64,000 nucleotides of DNA from a virus (taxonomy: Duplodnaviria > Heunggongvirae > Uroviricota > Caudoviricetes): positions 133,975-197,974 of IMG/VR virus record IMGVR_UViG_3300032330_001609; one strand, 5' to 3'. A program made the position numbers and the translations under genes. This document shows, one piece after another, positions 1-9,850 of this stretch. The notes beneath the pieces are model-generated. The model ran no database searches and was not told the origin of the DNA. It worked only from the letters and a program-made list of their open reading frames with translations. Position 1 is the first letter of the stretch. Each line of letters opens with the position of its first letter.

Positions 1-390
1 CTTACATTCAGAGATAAATTATCTAAAAAGGATTGGGTAGAACATTTTCTAAAGATTACCAAAGTAGAGAATATGGATTTTCAAGAGGTTATTCAAAAAT
101 ATGATGGTCCGGCAACATATGTATATGCTGACCCCCCATATTGGAAGACTGAGAACTACTACAACAATCACGACTTTGATAGTGCTGACCACGAAAGGTT
201 GGCGGATTGTCTTAAAAGTATTCAGGGTAAATTTTCATTATCATATTATGATTTTCCACAATTACATAATTGGTTCCCTCAAGGACAGTTTGTATGGGAG
301 AAGAAAGAGTTTGCTAAAGCGGCTGCGGCTAAGAAGGGTAAAACTCAAAATATGGGTGAGGAACTTTTAATTATGAATTATTCAAAATAA
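1..390 (+). CDS. DNA N6-adenine methyltransferase, C-terminal part (5' end lies outside the window)
   Basis: Frame is open from nt 1. The ORF 73..390 contains ...ATYVYADPPYW..., and DPPY is motif IV of Dam/D12-class MTases. Confidence 0.6.
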   Translation, partial: LTFRDKLSKKDWVEHFLKITKVENMDFQEVIQKYDGPATYVYADPPYWKTENYYNNHDFDSADHERLADCLKSIQGKFSLSYYDFPQLHNWFPQGQFVWEKKEFAKAAAAKKGKTQNMGEELLIMNYSK

Positions 391-413
391 TTTTTTTATA
401 TAAAAAAAAGTAT

Positions 414-421
414 TATCTTTG
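414..421 (+). promoter_or_regulatory. Bacteroidota sigmaA-type -7 box TATCTTTG
   Basis: Matches TAnnTTTG; A/T-rich upstream (aaaaagtattatctttgtc). Confidence 0.5.
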
Positions 422-472
422 TCATCGTTAAATAAAAACTAAATAGGTTTAACGAATTATTTACAAAAAACG

Positions 473-485
473 AATATTTATAATA
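473..485 (+). promoter_or_regulatory. GATATTTAT-class phage promoter-like motif
   Basis: gaatatttataat, 14 nt before the ATG at 499. Confidence 0.35.
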
Positions 486-498
486 AAAACTATTAAAA

Positions 499-1857
499 AT
501 GAAGATTACATCGTTACTTTCTAATTTGATAACTGAAAACGCACGTTTACAATTATTATACGACAAGTTTGTAAAACCAAATCCAAAAATGAAATCTGAG
601 CCGGGAAGACCTGCAAAAGGTATTATGGATTTTGATACATTAAAAACTATTATATTTGGTGACCCTGATACTAAAGTTCCTAATGGGTTCAATAAAGAAG
701 GTGCGACTTTTGAGGAAATGTCAAAAGTTAAGGTCGGTAAGTATGTTCAATGGATGTTGAAAAACTTTGTGGCACCTAAATTAGAATATGAAGTAGGTAC
801 ACCTGAATATAAAAGAGCTGCTCAAGAATACAGACGTTTATTCATTGAAGATATGGATAAAATGAATGTTGACTTATTAAAGTTTGAAAGATTCAAAGGT
901 AAATTACCTGAAGACCAAAGAGATATTAATAAATTAACTCCTGCTGAATTATCATTAGCAGTTGATGAATTCAAATTAACTAAAGATTCTAAATCAGCTA
1001 AAGAGGAAAGAATTACAAAAGAAAATCCATTCCAATATCCGGGCTCTAACATTGAATTTGTTGGTCCTAATTGGACGATTGTAAAAGTTAGTGAAAATAA
1101 TCAAGAGGGTAAAAATGCTGCGGCTTATTTCGGTGGATATTATGACACGAGAGATGAGTTCGATGAATCTAATTGGTGTACTTCAAAACTTGATGGTTCG
1201 TACTTTGAACACTATATTAAAGATGGTCCTTACTATGTGGTTTTACCTAACACTTCAACAGAGTACGGTAAAAAAACCGGATTACCTAAAGAAAGATATC
1301 AATTCCATTTCCCATCTAATCAATATATGGATAGAAGAGATAGAGGGATTAATTTAGTAGAATTCTTAAATGGTAAAGGTGCGGAACTTAAAGACTACTT
1401 CAAACCTCAGTTTGCTAAAGGTTTAACTAGTAGTGGTGGTGATATCGTTGAGATTAACTATCCGGATAGTGCATCAGGTAAGTTCATTGCATTATATGGT
1501 TTTGAAGAGTTATTTGAATCATTACCTGATACAATTAGTAAATTGTTAATCAATAATAAGAGTCAAGAACGTATTGCGTTAGAAGTACCGGCTTCGATAG
1601 GTAGATTTACAAACTTAGAGGCGTTGATGTTACAAAACATCGCTAAAACATTACCTGATACTGTTTGTCAATTGAAGAAATTAAACTTCTTGGCATTACC
1701 TGGTAACAAAGATTTACAATCTTTACCTGAATGTATTAAAGAATTACCGGAACTTGCTTTCATTAACTTGAAAGATGTTAATCCAAACATCAATATTCCT
1801 CAAGGATTAAAAGATAGATTGGAAGATGAAGGAATGGGATTCTATTATTTGAACTAG
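499..1857 (+). CDS. Leucine-rich-repeat containing protein
   Basis: 452 aa ORF. The C-terminal third has LxxLPxxIxxLxxLxxL repeats (IGRFTNLEALMLQNIAKTLPDTVCQLKKLNFLALPGNKDLQSLPECIKELPELAFINL). Both a host-type and a GATATTTAT-type promoter lie upstream. Confidence 0.55.
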   Translation: MKITSLLSNLITENARLQLLYDKFVKPNPKMKSEPGRPAKGIMDFDTLKTIIFGDPDTKVPNGFNKEGATFEEMSKVKVGKYVQWMLKNFVAPKLEYEVGTPEYKRAAQEYRRLFIEDMDKMNVDLLKFERFKGKLPEDQRDINKLTPAELSLAVDEFKLTKDSKSAKEERITKENPFQYPGSNIEFVGPNWTIVKVSENNQEGKNAAAYFGGYYDTRDEFDESNWCTSKLDGSYFEHYIKDGPYYVVLPNTSTEYGKKTGLPKERYQFHFPSNQYMDRRDRGINLVEFLNGKGAELKDYFKPQFAKGLTSSGGDIVEINYPDSASGKFIALYGFEELFESLPDTISKLLINNKSQERIALEVPASIGRFTNLEALMLQNIAKTLPDTVCQLKKLNFLALPGNKDLQSLPECIKELPELAFINLKDVNPNINIPQGLKDRLEDEGMGFYYLN

Positions 1858-1879
1858 TATTAACTAAAAACACTACACA

Positions 1880-2170
1880 ATGAAAAATGTCGATGTTGAA
1901 ATCTACATTAATCAATTTATAACTTTCTTTGATAACAACCCCAACGACTTGATTGAGTTGATTGGGGATGTTTTGAAGGAGGACTTCTATAAAAGAGTAA
2001 AACAACAATCATTAGAAAATTATGATAACGGAGAGGATGTTTCATTAACTCAGAAACAAATCATCTCTATTGTTGTTGCTCTTAAACAATCTCAGAACCA
2101 AGAGATTGATATTGATAAAATTAAATCAGTATTTATTCAAACACCTTTCGGACAATTTTCTCTTAATTAA
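1880..2170 (+). CDS. hypothetical protein
   Basis: 96 aa ORF in the + gene block. Confidence 0.5.
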   Translation: MKNVDVEIYINQFITFFDNNPNDLIELIGDVLKEDFYKRVKQQSLENYDNGEDVSLTQKQIISIVVALKQSQNQEIDIDKIKSVFIQTPFGQFSLN

Positions 2171-2211
2171 TTTGTATAACTAAAATTATTGTATTACATT
2201 TGTACACTTAA

Positions 2212-3963
2212 TTGTATAATATGAAAGAGGAATTATTTAATCTTACTAGAAAAGAATATCGGGTATATGAATACTCCGACACCAATCGTCTTTTAACTAA
2301 ACAGGAAGAGGAGGATATGCCTTTTGGGGTATTTCGTAGTTCCGCACCTTGGGGTCATTTTGATATGAAAGGTGAGTATAATACTGAAGAAAAGTTTACC
2401 GAAAATTATGGTAATCCATTTGCTATGGTTGAAATGACAAGAAGAATTATCACAATAACAAAAGAGGGGGATAAAATCACCTTCAAGATGTTTTGGTATA
2501 ATAGAAGACGAAGAATGGCATCAAAATGGTTTAAGACAAATACTAATTGTAAGTTCATCACTTTCAACCATAAAACCAATGCGTTGTATACAGGTTCTTT
2601 GGATAACTACCACTTAAAAAGAAAGTGTAAGAAAAGAATTAGACGTACACTATTTAATTCTGACCCAATAAATAAAATTAGACATTGGGTTAGAGATAGT
2701 TTCAGTGCGGAAGATAAAAAAACAATTGATGTACCAACGATTGTAAATCAAGTGGTGTCTGTCTTTGTTAATTCAATTCCCGGAACTGAAAAATATCCTG
2801 AATTATTACCGGAACAAAAAATATACAGACGTTATTTGGACGCTCAAGGTGTTAAGTATCCAAACAATTGGTTTGAACTTATTGATGCTTATCCCCAACC
2901 AAAGAAAAAAGATTTGGTTAAGTGTGATTACAAGTATGTTGATGCTTTAATGAGAGTTCATAACTTAAAAGGTGATAAGGTTAAGAAATCATTACACACC
3001 CTTAATAGATTTGTTGATGCTAATCATTTCAATTCGGCTTGTAAGGTTTTTGGTGAAAAATTTATACTAAATCAACCGGATGAGGTTATTAATCTTTTTT
3101 TAAGTGCTTGGGATTTGACTCCTTTAACCGGAAATGTGGGATTTTTTAATAATTTATCTAAATCAGAAAAATTAAACTTTTTTGAAATCTATAAATTATA
3201 TTATAGAAAGTTAGTTAATTACCATACGATTAATGACCACATTAGATTTTACGCTTTCTTAAAAAATTTGGAACCGGTTAAGTGGAAATCTAAAACTCAC
3301 GATGAATTTACACAGGAACATTACGATTGGTCTGAGAAATACAATCATTATACCAATGGTGAGTTTACAAGAGTTTATAATCCAACTTTTGTTGAGAATG
3401 TAAACGAAGTGATATTGACCAAAGATGGTCCGTATTTCCCTGAGGTGTTAACAACATCAAAACGATATAATAATGAGTCGTTCTTTCAATCCAATTGTGT
3501 TAAAACTTATATTAAACGAGTGGAATCATTATTAATATCATTAAGACGTGGTGAAGGTGATACGGAAGAAAGAGCGTCAATTGAATATCAAATTATCCCG
3601 GTTGTATCTCATAGTCAAACCTATTTTGATTTGAATAGAGTTCAGACTTTGGGTAAGTTTAATCATAGATTAGATAGTTCTTGGGATGATGTTTTAGTTA
3701 AATTGGATGAGAGACTTAGTGTGATGGTCTATGAACGATTATTTGATACTTTACAGATTGAAGGTGAGTTTGGGGGTAGAAAAGTATTTTCTGATTGGGA
3801 TGTTAAGGAAGTACCATTGTATTCAGTAAATAATACAGGAAAACGTATGACTGAAATGAGATTATGTTGGGAAAACGATTCATTTATGAAATTAAATTCA
3901 TATAATTACAATGTTGTCCCCGTTCAAAGATGGGATGATGACGATGATGTTTTTCCGTTATAA
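2212..3963 (+). CDS. hypothetical protein (583 aa)
   Basis: Long ORF with no recognisable motifs. Confidence 0.7.
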   Translation: MYNMKEELFNLTRKEYRVYEYSDTNRLLTKQEEEDMPFGVFRSSAPWGHFDMKGEYNTEEKFTENYGNPFAMVEMTRRIITITKEGDKITFKMFWYNRRRRMASKWFKTNTNCKFITFNHKTNALYTGSLDNYHLKRKCKKRIRRTLFNSDPINKIRHWVRDSFSAEDKKTIDVPTIVNQVVSVFVNSIPGTEKYPELLPEQKIYRRYLDAQGVKYPNNWFELIDAYPQPKKKDLVKCDYKYVDALMRVHNLKGDKVKKSLHTLNRFVDANHFNSACKVFGEKFILNQPDEVINLFLSAWDLTPLTGNVGFFNNLSKSEKLNFFEIYKLYYRKLVNYHTINDHIRFYAFLKNLEPVKWKSKTHDEFTQEHYDWSEKYNHYTNGEFTRVYNPTFVENVNEVILTKDGPYFPEVLTTSKRYNNESFFQSNCVKTYIKRVESLLISLRRGEGDTEERASIEYQIIPVVSHSQTYFDLNRVQTLGKFNHRLDSSWDDVLVKLDERLSVMVYERLFDTLQIEGEFGGRKVFSDWDVKEVPLYSVNNTGKRMTEMRLCWENDSFMKLNSYNYNVVPVQRWDDDDDVFPL

Positions 3964-3964
3964 T

Positions 3965-4288
3965 ATGAAAGAGATACCACAACATTGCATTGACCTTTTC
4001 AAGGAAAAGTTTAATACCCATCCTAGTATCATAGAAGTTTACCCTACTATGACGGACGAGGACACGGATAAGTTTTTTGCAAAATCGCATTTACTATGGT
4101 TTGATTATTTTGTAAATGACGAACACAACTTAATTCATAATGATAGATTATATGAATATGATTCAACCGGTATTTTAATTTTACGGAAGTCAAGGACTAA
4201 GATATTTATTTTAACAAAGGTGGATAAACGAAGCGTGGTAGATTACACACTACTACAAATAAAAAGATTAACAACAAAAAAAGATTAA
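3965..4288 (+). CDS. hypothetical protein
   Basis: The ORF 3911..4288 was trimmed to the ATG at 3965, which sits immediately after the upstream stop. Confidence 0.5.
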   Translation: MKEIPQHCIDLFKEKFNTHPSIIEVYPTMTDEDTDKFFAKSHLLWFDYFVNDEHNLIHNDRLYEYDSTGILILRKSRTKIFILTKVDKRSVVDYTLLQIKRLTTKKD

Positions 4289-4290
4289 GA

Positions 4291-4614
4291 ATGGAAATTA
4301 CGCAAGAATTATTACAAGAAAAAATTAAAAATGGTGAAAAATTAATCGTGGACTTCCACGCAAAATGGTGCGGACCCTGCAAAGTAATGAAACCTGTTTT
4401 TGAAAAATTAGCTGAAGAATATAGAAATGAAAATTCCGAGGTTCAATTATATACGATGGATGTTGAATTAAATAAAGAATTTGCTGCGGAATTGGGTGTT
4501 AGAGCAATTCCTACTGTAAAATCATTTTCTGATGGTAAAGAAGTATATTCTCAACCGGGAATGCAAATGGAAGGACAAATTAAACAATTGGTGACTAATC
4601 TAATCAATGGATAA
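4291..4614 (+). CDS. trx: thioredoxin
   Basis: WCGPC active site in a 107 aa thioredoxin fold. Confidence 0.9.
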   Translation: MEITQELLQEKIKNGEKLIVDFHAKWCGPCKVMKPVFEKLAEEYRNENSEVQLYTMDVELNKEFAAELGVRAIPTVKSFSDGKEVYSQPGMQMEGQIKQLVTNLING

Positions 4615-4894
4615 GTTATTATTTATCTTCACGATGGAAGGATGTCCGTATTGTGTTCAGATGAAAGATAAGTTGAAAGAATCTAAAATTGATTTTATTG
4701 AGAGAGATATCTTTGAACATAAAGATGAATATGAAATGTTTGTTGAGGTTACTCAAAACGATTTTGTACCGGCATTTATGATTATTGAAAACCCGGATAA
4801 AGATAATGAGAAAAGTCATTTATTTGCTCCGGACAGAGATTATGAAGACATTGATGGTGGTGTCTCAATTATCAGAGAACATTTTGGAAAATAA
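4607..4894 (+). CDS. glutaredoxin / NrdH-like redoxin
   Basis: CPYC motif in a 95 aa protein. It overlaps the trx stop by 8 nt. Confidence 0.75.
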   Translation: MDKLLFIFTMEGCPYCVQMKDKLKESKIDFIERDIFEHKDEYEMFVEVTQNDFVPAFMIIENPDKDNEKSHLFAPDRDYEDIDGGVSIIREHFGK

Positions 4895-4926
4895 AAAAGT
4901 CCCCAATTTAGGGGACTTTCTTTTTA
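4894..4926. terminator. bidirectional rho-independent terminator
   Basis: aaagtcccc-aattt-aggggacttt hairpin with an A-run before and a T-run after. Confidence 0.7.
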
Positions 4927-5748
4927 GAATAATATTAGGTCATTTAATCTATCCTTAACCAACCAAGGTTTTTTATCAAATGGTTTTGTTAGGTCCTCCA
5001 TAATATCATAACCTTTAATCTTATCGTTAAACACCAACATATCAAAATCAAACACATCCAAGACCATAGAGATAATGTCTTTCTTTGGATAGATTGTGTT
5101 AGCGTTAATATCAATTTGATTATCCTCATCCACTTTAACGGACGAATATTTGAAAGTTAACTTATCTGTTAGAATGATGTCTAATAATTGATTAGAGATG
5201 TATTCTGAGTAATATAACTCTTGTCTTCCCATACTCAAACTATATCCGTAAGGAAACTCAGATGATACGTTTAACGGGGCGTATGTGAAGTAATCTAAAT
5301 TAGATGTATCATTTTCTGAGTAATCCAATTCATACTCCAACTTAGTGGTGTACTGAATAGAATTGAATAAAAGTTGGGGATTTTCAACAAGTTCAAATTC
5401 TAAAATTAAATTACGATGATATAATGGTCTTGAAGAATTATAGAAATCAAATGTATAATCTGTTTTTTTAGCCAATTCCTGACCGTATACTATTAGGTCA
5501 ATAATGTTTAGATTCGTATATCCAAACTTTTCCAATAAAGATTTATATTCTTTTGAAAACTCTTCTTTCATAGTAACCATATCCAATATTTTATCGGTAT
5601 TGGTTAAACCATTTACAACAAAGAATTTACCACAGTCAGTTACTTCAATTACCACATCGTAGTTATGTGTTTTGTTTATTTCTTTAACTAAAAAGTCTGC
5701 GAATAGGCTAACTAACCCTTTGTTTGAATTTTTGTTTACATATTTCAT
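4924..5748 (-). CDS. hypothetical protein (274 aa)
   Basis: Long minus-strand ORF with a terminator downstream at 4894-4926. Confidence 0.7.
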   Translation of the reverse strand: MKYVNKNSNKGLVSLFADFLVKEINKTHNYDVVIEVTDCGKFFVVNGLTNTDKILDMVTMKEEFSKEYKSLLEKFGYTNLNIIDLIVYGQELAKKTDYTFDFYNSSRPLYHRNLILEFELVENPQLLFNSIQYTTKLEYELDYSENDTSNLDYFTYAPLNVSSEFPYGYSLSMGRQELYYSEYISNQLLDIILTDKLTFKYSSVKVDEDNQIDINANTIYPKKDIISMVLDVFDFDMLVFNDKIKGYDIMEDLTKPFDKKPWLVKDRLNDLILF

Positions 5749-5802
5749 ATTAATAAATTATACCAATGAATAGGGAAAATAATTTAATTTATAAATAGAA
5801 AA

Positions 5803-5835
5803 TAAAAAAAGGGACTTAAAGTCCCTTTGATTTTT
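5803..5835. terminator. rho-independent terminator hairpin
   Basis: aaagggac-ttaaa-gtcccttt flanked by A- and T-runs. Confidence 0.55.
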
Positions 5836-5849
5836 CACATAATGAAATA

Positions 5850-6008
5850 TTATTTTTTGTTGTAATATTTCTCTACAACTTTACGGATAGACTCTTGAAT
5901 TGGCTGAGTTTTAGGCTGTGGAGCCTGAGACGGAGCCTGAGGTTGAGATTGTCCCGATTGTTGTACCGGTTGTGATTGATTCGCTTTGTTTTTACATCCG
6001 CAGCCCAT
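5850..6008 (-). CDS. small Q/P-rich protein (52 aa, MGCGCKNK...)
   Basis: I translated this by hand; it is below the ORF-track cutoff. A terminator lies immediately downstream on the minus strand. Confidence 0.3.
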   Translation of the reverse strand: MGCGCKNKANQSQPVQQSGQSQPQAPSQAPQPKTQPIQESIRKVVEKYYNKK

Positions 6009-6083
6009 AATTTTAATAATTAAACGTTTATAACAATAAATATGTGAGTTTTGTTTTAATTGTAAATAATTTATTTTAATTTT

Positions 6084-6096
6084 GTATATTTATTGG
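6084..6096 (+). promoter_or_regulatory. GATATTTAT-class motif
   Basis: gtatatttattgg immediately before the ATG at 6098. Confidence 0.4.
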
Positions 6097-6097
6097 T

Positions 6098-7462
6098 ATG
6101 AACAAACGAATACAACTTAACGAGAAACAATTGAAACAATATATCAAACGACTTACTGAGGAAGTTGAAGGTGAGTATTATAAAATAAGTCCGGAGGGAT
6201 ATATTGAGTTAATGAGATATGGTAGTTATCACGGTAAAGCGATAACTAAAATGAAGAAGTTTCAAGGTAAACCATTATGGATAACCGGGGACTTAAATCT
6301 TGATAGTACACCAACAGATAGTTTGGGTAATGTTGCTTATGTTGATGGGAACTTAAATATTTCAAGAACTAAAGTTTCTAGTATAGAAGGTACAAAAGTT
6401 AAGGGATATGTTTCTGATTATAATTCTCCTCGTGAGAGAATTAGAGAGAAACAAGAACTTAATGCTAAATTGGCGGGGCAAGAAGCACTCCGTGATAGTG
6501 AAGAATGGGCTTTAGAACAAGGTGATGAGACCGGAGAAAAGGCTCACGCGTTATTTGATAATTTAGTTAATGTTGGTGAGATTGAACCATTATCGGATGA
6601 TGATAAAGAAAAACTAATAATTCTACGTCGTAAACTTCAAGATTTAGAAAGAGAATATGAAGAACTTGATGATAATGATGATAGAGCTTATGAATTACAA
6701 GAAACTATAGATGAAACTCAATCGGAGATTGATGATTTAGAAGAGAACGATGTTGATGTTTATATGATGTACCCATCTCCAAGATATAGTCATTATGGGT
6801 TACAACAATTTGAGGTTTTAATACCAGGATTCAAAGATAGAGAATATACAGTTGGAACTGAAGAAGAAATGGATGCGGCGGCATTAGCTTATGCTAAAAA
6901 TTACATTGACGATGTTGGTGCTGATGGATTTAACGAATCATTTATTGAAGATTATTTGGATGTTGATGCGATTGTGAATATGGCTGAGGAAGATTATGAT
7001 TATCAAATTAGAGATTATCCGGAAAGTTACTTCAATGATGATGATTATGAATTGACAGATGAACAAGAAGAAAGAATAGAACAACTTGAATCACAAATTG
7101 CTGATTTGGAACAAGAACAATCAGAATTAGATACTGACCGAGAAGATTATGATGAGTTATATGAGGATTTCCAAAATCATATAGATGCTCTACAAGAAGA
7201 ATTGGATGGTATTGAAGTTGATACTGAACCAACTGAGGATATGATTGAGACTAAAGTTGCGGAACTTGTTAGAGATGTACGAAGAGACCCATTAGATTAT
7301 CTTAAAAACTATGGGTTAAGTATAAAAGAATATATTGATGAAGACGCTTTAGCTCAAGGGTTAGTTGATTCCGATGGTTGGGGTGTTATGAATGGTTATG
7401 ATGGTCAATACGATAGTGAAGAAGTTAATGGTATAACATATTATATTATGAGAGTTAACTAA
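6098..7462 (+). CDS. acidic coiled-coil protein
   Basis: 454 aa, very D/E-rich with heptad-like segments. A GTATATTTATTGG motif lies upstream. Confidence 0.7.
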   Translation: MNKRIQLNEKQLKQYIKRLTEEVEGEYYKISPEGYIELMRYGSYHGKAITKMKKFQGKPLWITGDLNLDSTPTDSLGNVAYVDGNLNISRTKVSSIEGTKVKGYVSDYNSPRERIREKQELNAKLAGQEALRDSEEWALEQGDETGEKAHALFDNLVNVGEIEPLSDDDKEKLIILRRKLQDLEREYEELDDNDDRAYELQETIDETQSEIDDLEENDVDVYMMYPSPRYSHYGLQQFEVLIPGFKDREYTVGTEEEMDAAALAYAKNYIDDVGADGFNESFIEDYLDVDAIVNMAEEDYDYQIRDYPESYFNDDDYELTDEQEERIEQLESQIADLEQEQSELDTDREDYDELYEDFQNHIDALQEELDGIEVDTEPTEDMIETKVAELVRDVRRDPLDYLKNYGLSIKEYIDEDALAQGLVDSDGWGVMNGYDGQYDSEEVNGITYYIMRVN

Positions 7463-7510
7463 AACTATTCATTTTATTATATTTTTTTCATATATTTTAG
7501 TAATAAGAAT

Positions 7511-8278
7511 ATGGAAAAGAAACGAAGAAATAAAAAGGTTAAATTCATAATGGATACCGATTGGTTATTTGAGGGAATCCTTGATGCCGAACAAAAACAG
7601 TATGTATTATTGGATTATTTCCAAAAGATGAATAAACATCTTGAAAGGATGGAAGTATATCCAATGTTTATTGAACTTTCATTACATTTAGGTAATGTAC
7701 AAACATTATTAAATCAAGACAAAATTTTATATACAGAAAGACAACTCACGTCCAATGATGATGAGTTGATTTTTTCTGACTTAAAAGTAAAAGACATCCC
7801 GGTCTTAGATGATGATGAGGTAATTGAATATCGTAAGATATTACGTTACATCCAACCACAACTTCACGACTATTTTAATTATGCTAAATCTATTTGGAGT
7901 ATTGTTTATGATTCAATTGATGTTATCATCAAAAAAAATAAAACAAATCTGAATAGTAAATCCGGATTTTTTTACTACAAAACTGAAACTTCCTTGTACA
8001 TTTGGAAGTATACTACCAAAAAAATTTATAAATCAAACAATCAGACTAAAACAACATTGTCTGCCATTTATTATGGTGAACATTTAGATTTGACTATATC
8101 AGAAATATTATCTAAATTTTCTAAAACATACGAAAAAAATAAAGAATTTGATTATCCAATATTTGAAGTACTATGTAATGACATATTCCCACTAGAGGAA
8201 ACTTTGGTACCAATATTTAAGAGAAAAATTTTATCATATATTAATCAACAAGTTAAAGTAAAAAAATTATTATCATAA
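7511..8278 (+). CDS. hypothetical protein
   Basis: 255 aa ORF. Confidence 0.6.
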   Translation: MEKKRRNKKVKFIMDTDWLFEGILDAEQKQYVLLDYFQKMNKHLERMEVYPMFIELSLHLGNVQTLLNQDKILYTERQLTSNDDELIFSDLKVKDIPVLDDDEVIEYRKILRYIQPQLHDYFNYAKSIWSIVYDSIDVIIKKNKTNLNSKSGFFYYKTETSLYIWKYTTKKIYKSNNQTKTTLSAIYYGEHLDLTISEILSKFSKTYEKNKEFDYPIFEVLCNDIFPLEETLVPIFKRKILSYINQQVKVKKLLS

Positions 8279-8460
8279 TGGACAAAAGACAGATTAAAGC
8301 GTTAATGGACAAGTTAAGACAACCAATCCACATTAGTTACATCTCAAGGTACATCCTTAAACTTGACGAGGATGAAACAAAAAAACAATTAGATACCTTA
8401 ATATCTGAAGGTTATATTAAAGAAAGTAATTTAAGTGAAGGATTTTATGTTGCTGTCTAA
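8278..8460 (+). CDS. hypothetical small protein
   Basis: 60 aa ORF coupled by ATGA stop/start overlap. Confidence 0.4.
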   Translation: MDKRQIKALMDKLRQPIHISYISRYILKLDEDETKKQLDTLISEGYIKESNLSEGFYVAV

Positions 8461-8664
8461 AAAAACATATCAGATTGGTTCGGGTTGTAGTCAGACAGTA
8501 CTTAAATCTTTTAATCAATCCATATTGTACAGTAAATCACCATCCGGTTGGTCAATTAGATTTAATAATGGGATTGGTGTTAATGTTACGACAAAACCAT
8601 TATTCTCAGTTAGAAATGGGTATAAAAAAAGTATTAAATTAGGGAAATATTATATAGTAAAATT

Positions 8665-9849
8665 ATGAAAGTAAAATTAGAGTACATTTGGTTGGACGGA
8701 TATAAACCGGAACCAAATTTGAGAAGTAAAATTAAAGTTGTTGACACATTACCAAAAGAGATTAGTGATATCCCTGAGTGGGGTTTTGATGGGAGTTCAA
8801 CTATGCAAGCCGAAGGATTCTCTTCAGATTGTTACCTTAAACCTGTTAGAATGTATCAAAAAGGTAATACCAATTTGGTTTATGTTTTATGTGAGGTATT
8901 GGATAAGTACAATAAACCACACGATACAAACGATAGAAGTGAATTAGGTAAAGAAGACAATGATTTTTGGATTGGGTTTGAACAAGAATACTTTATTCGT
9001 TCATCACACAACAAAGATGTTTTAGGGTTTGAAAGAGGTGGTACAGTTGACCCCCAAGGTAAATACTATTGTGGTGTTGGCGGACAAATTGTTGGTAGAG
9101 AGTTAAGTGACGAGCATTTGGATTATTGTCTTGACTTGGGTATAAATGTTGAGGGGACCAATGCTGAGGTGGCACTTGGACAATGGGAATACCAAATATT
9201 CACTAAAGGTAAATTAAAATCTGCCGATGATTTATGGATGTCAAGATACATCTTACATAAATTAGCGGAGAAAAGAGGTTACGCGATTGAACTTCATCCA
9301 AAACCAATTCAAATTGGTGAGTGGAATGGGTCAGGACTACATACAAACTTCTCAAGTAAAAAAATGAGAGAAGAAGGTGGAGAAACTTACTTCAAATCTA
9401 TCTTCAATGCTTTTGAAACTAGACAAAAACTTCACATTGAAAATTATGGTTCAGATAATCATTTAAGATTAACCGGTAAATTTGAGACACAATCAATTGA
9501 TAAATTTAGTTGGGGTGTATCAGATAGAGGAGCATCTATTAGAGTCCCTAAATCAGTTGGTGAAACTTGGAAAGGTTATCTTGAGGATAGAAGACCATCA
9601 TCAAATGCTAACCCTTATAAAGTTATTGGTGTTATCTATGACGCATTGATTTTCGCTGACCAATTGGAAACAACTATTCACGCAATGTATGGTGATGTGG
9701 ATACATCAAAATTAAGAGAACAATTCTCAGGAATTATGTCTGATGAAGAGTTACTAGGTGAATACAGAAATGATGATGATTATGAATTGACTCCTGAAAT
9801 GATGGAATCAAAAGCAAATGTACCAACAGAAGATATAACATCAAAATAA
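8665..9849 (+). CDS. glnA: glutamine synthetase, type II (eukaryote-like)
   Basis: IWLDG...EWGFDGSST.QAEG, YYCGVG, GTNAEV..QWEYQI, EWNGSGLHTNFS, RLTG, ASIRVP and DRRPSSN all match GSII signature blocks. Confidence 0.85.
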   Translation: MKVKLEYIWLDGYKPEPNLRSKIKVVDTLPKEISDIPEWGFDGSSTMQAEGFSSDCYLKPVRMYQKGNTNLVYVLCEVLDKYNKPHDTNDRSELGKEDNDFWIGFEQEYFIRSSHNKDVLGFERGGTVDPQGKYYCGVGGQIVGRELSDEHLDYCLDLGINVEGTNAEVALGQWEYQIFTKGKLKSADDLWMSRYILHKLAEKRGYAIELHPKPIQIGEWNGSGLHTNFSSKKMREEGGETYFKSIFNAFETRQKLHIENYGSDNHLRLTGKFETQSIDKFSWGVSDRGASIRVPKSVGETWKGYLEDRRPSSNANPYKVIGVIYDALIFADQLETTIHAMYGDVDTSKLREQFSGIMSDEELLGEYRNDDDYELTPEMMESKANVPTEDITSK

Positions 9850-9850
9850 T

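Noticed and set aside
101-370. ORF-track entries fully embedded in or antisense to longer genes (for example 101..370, 396..692-, 822..1052-, 2765..2950, 8738..8947, 8993..9175-, 9734..10399-, 28096..28404, 30054..30486-, 32102..32407-, 42252..42930, 45584..46006-, 63250..63765)
   Set aside because: They overlap strong long ORFs in another frame or strand and have low-complexity composition typical of AT-rich antisense frames. No motif support.
8435-8668. ORF 8435..8668 (77 aa) overlapping the end of 8278..8460
   Set aside because: The overlap and lack of motif make it ambiguous. It could be real from an internal start at about 8447, but it was not called.
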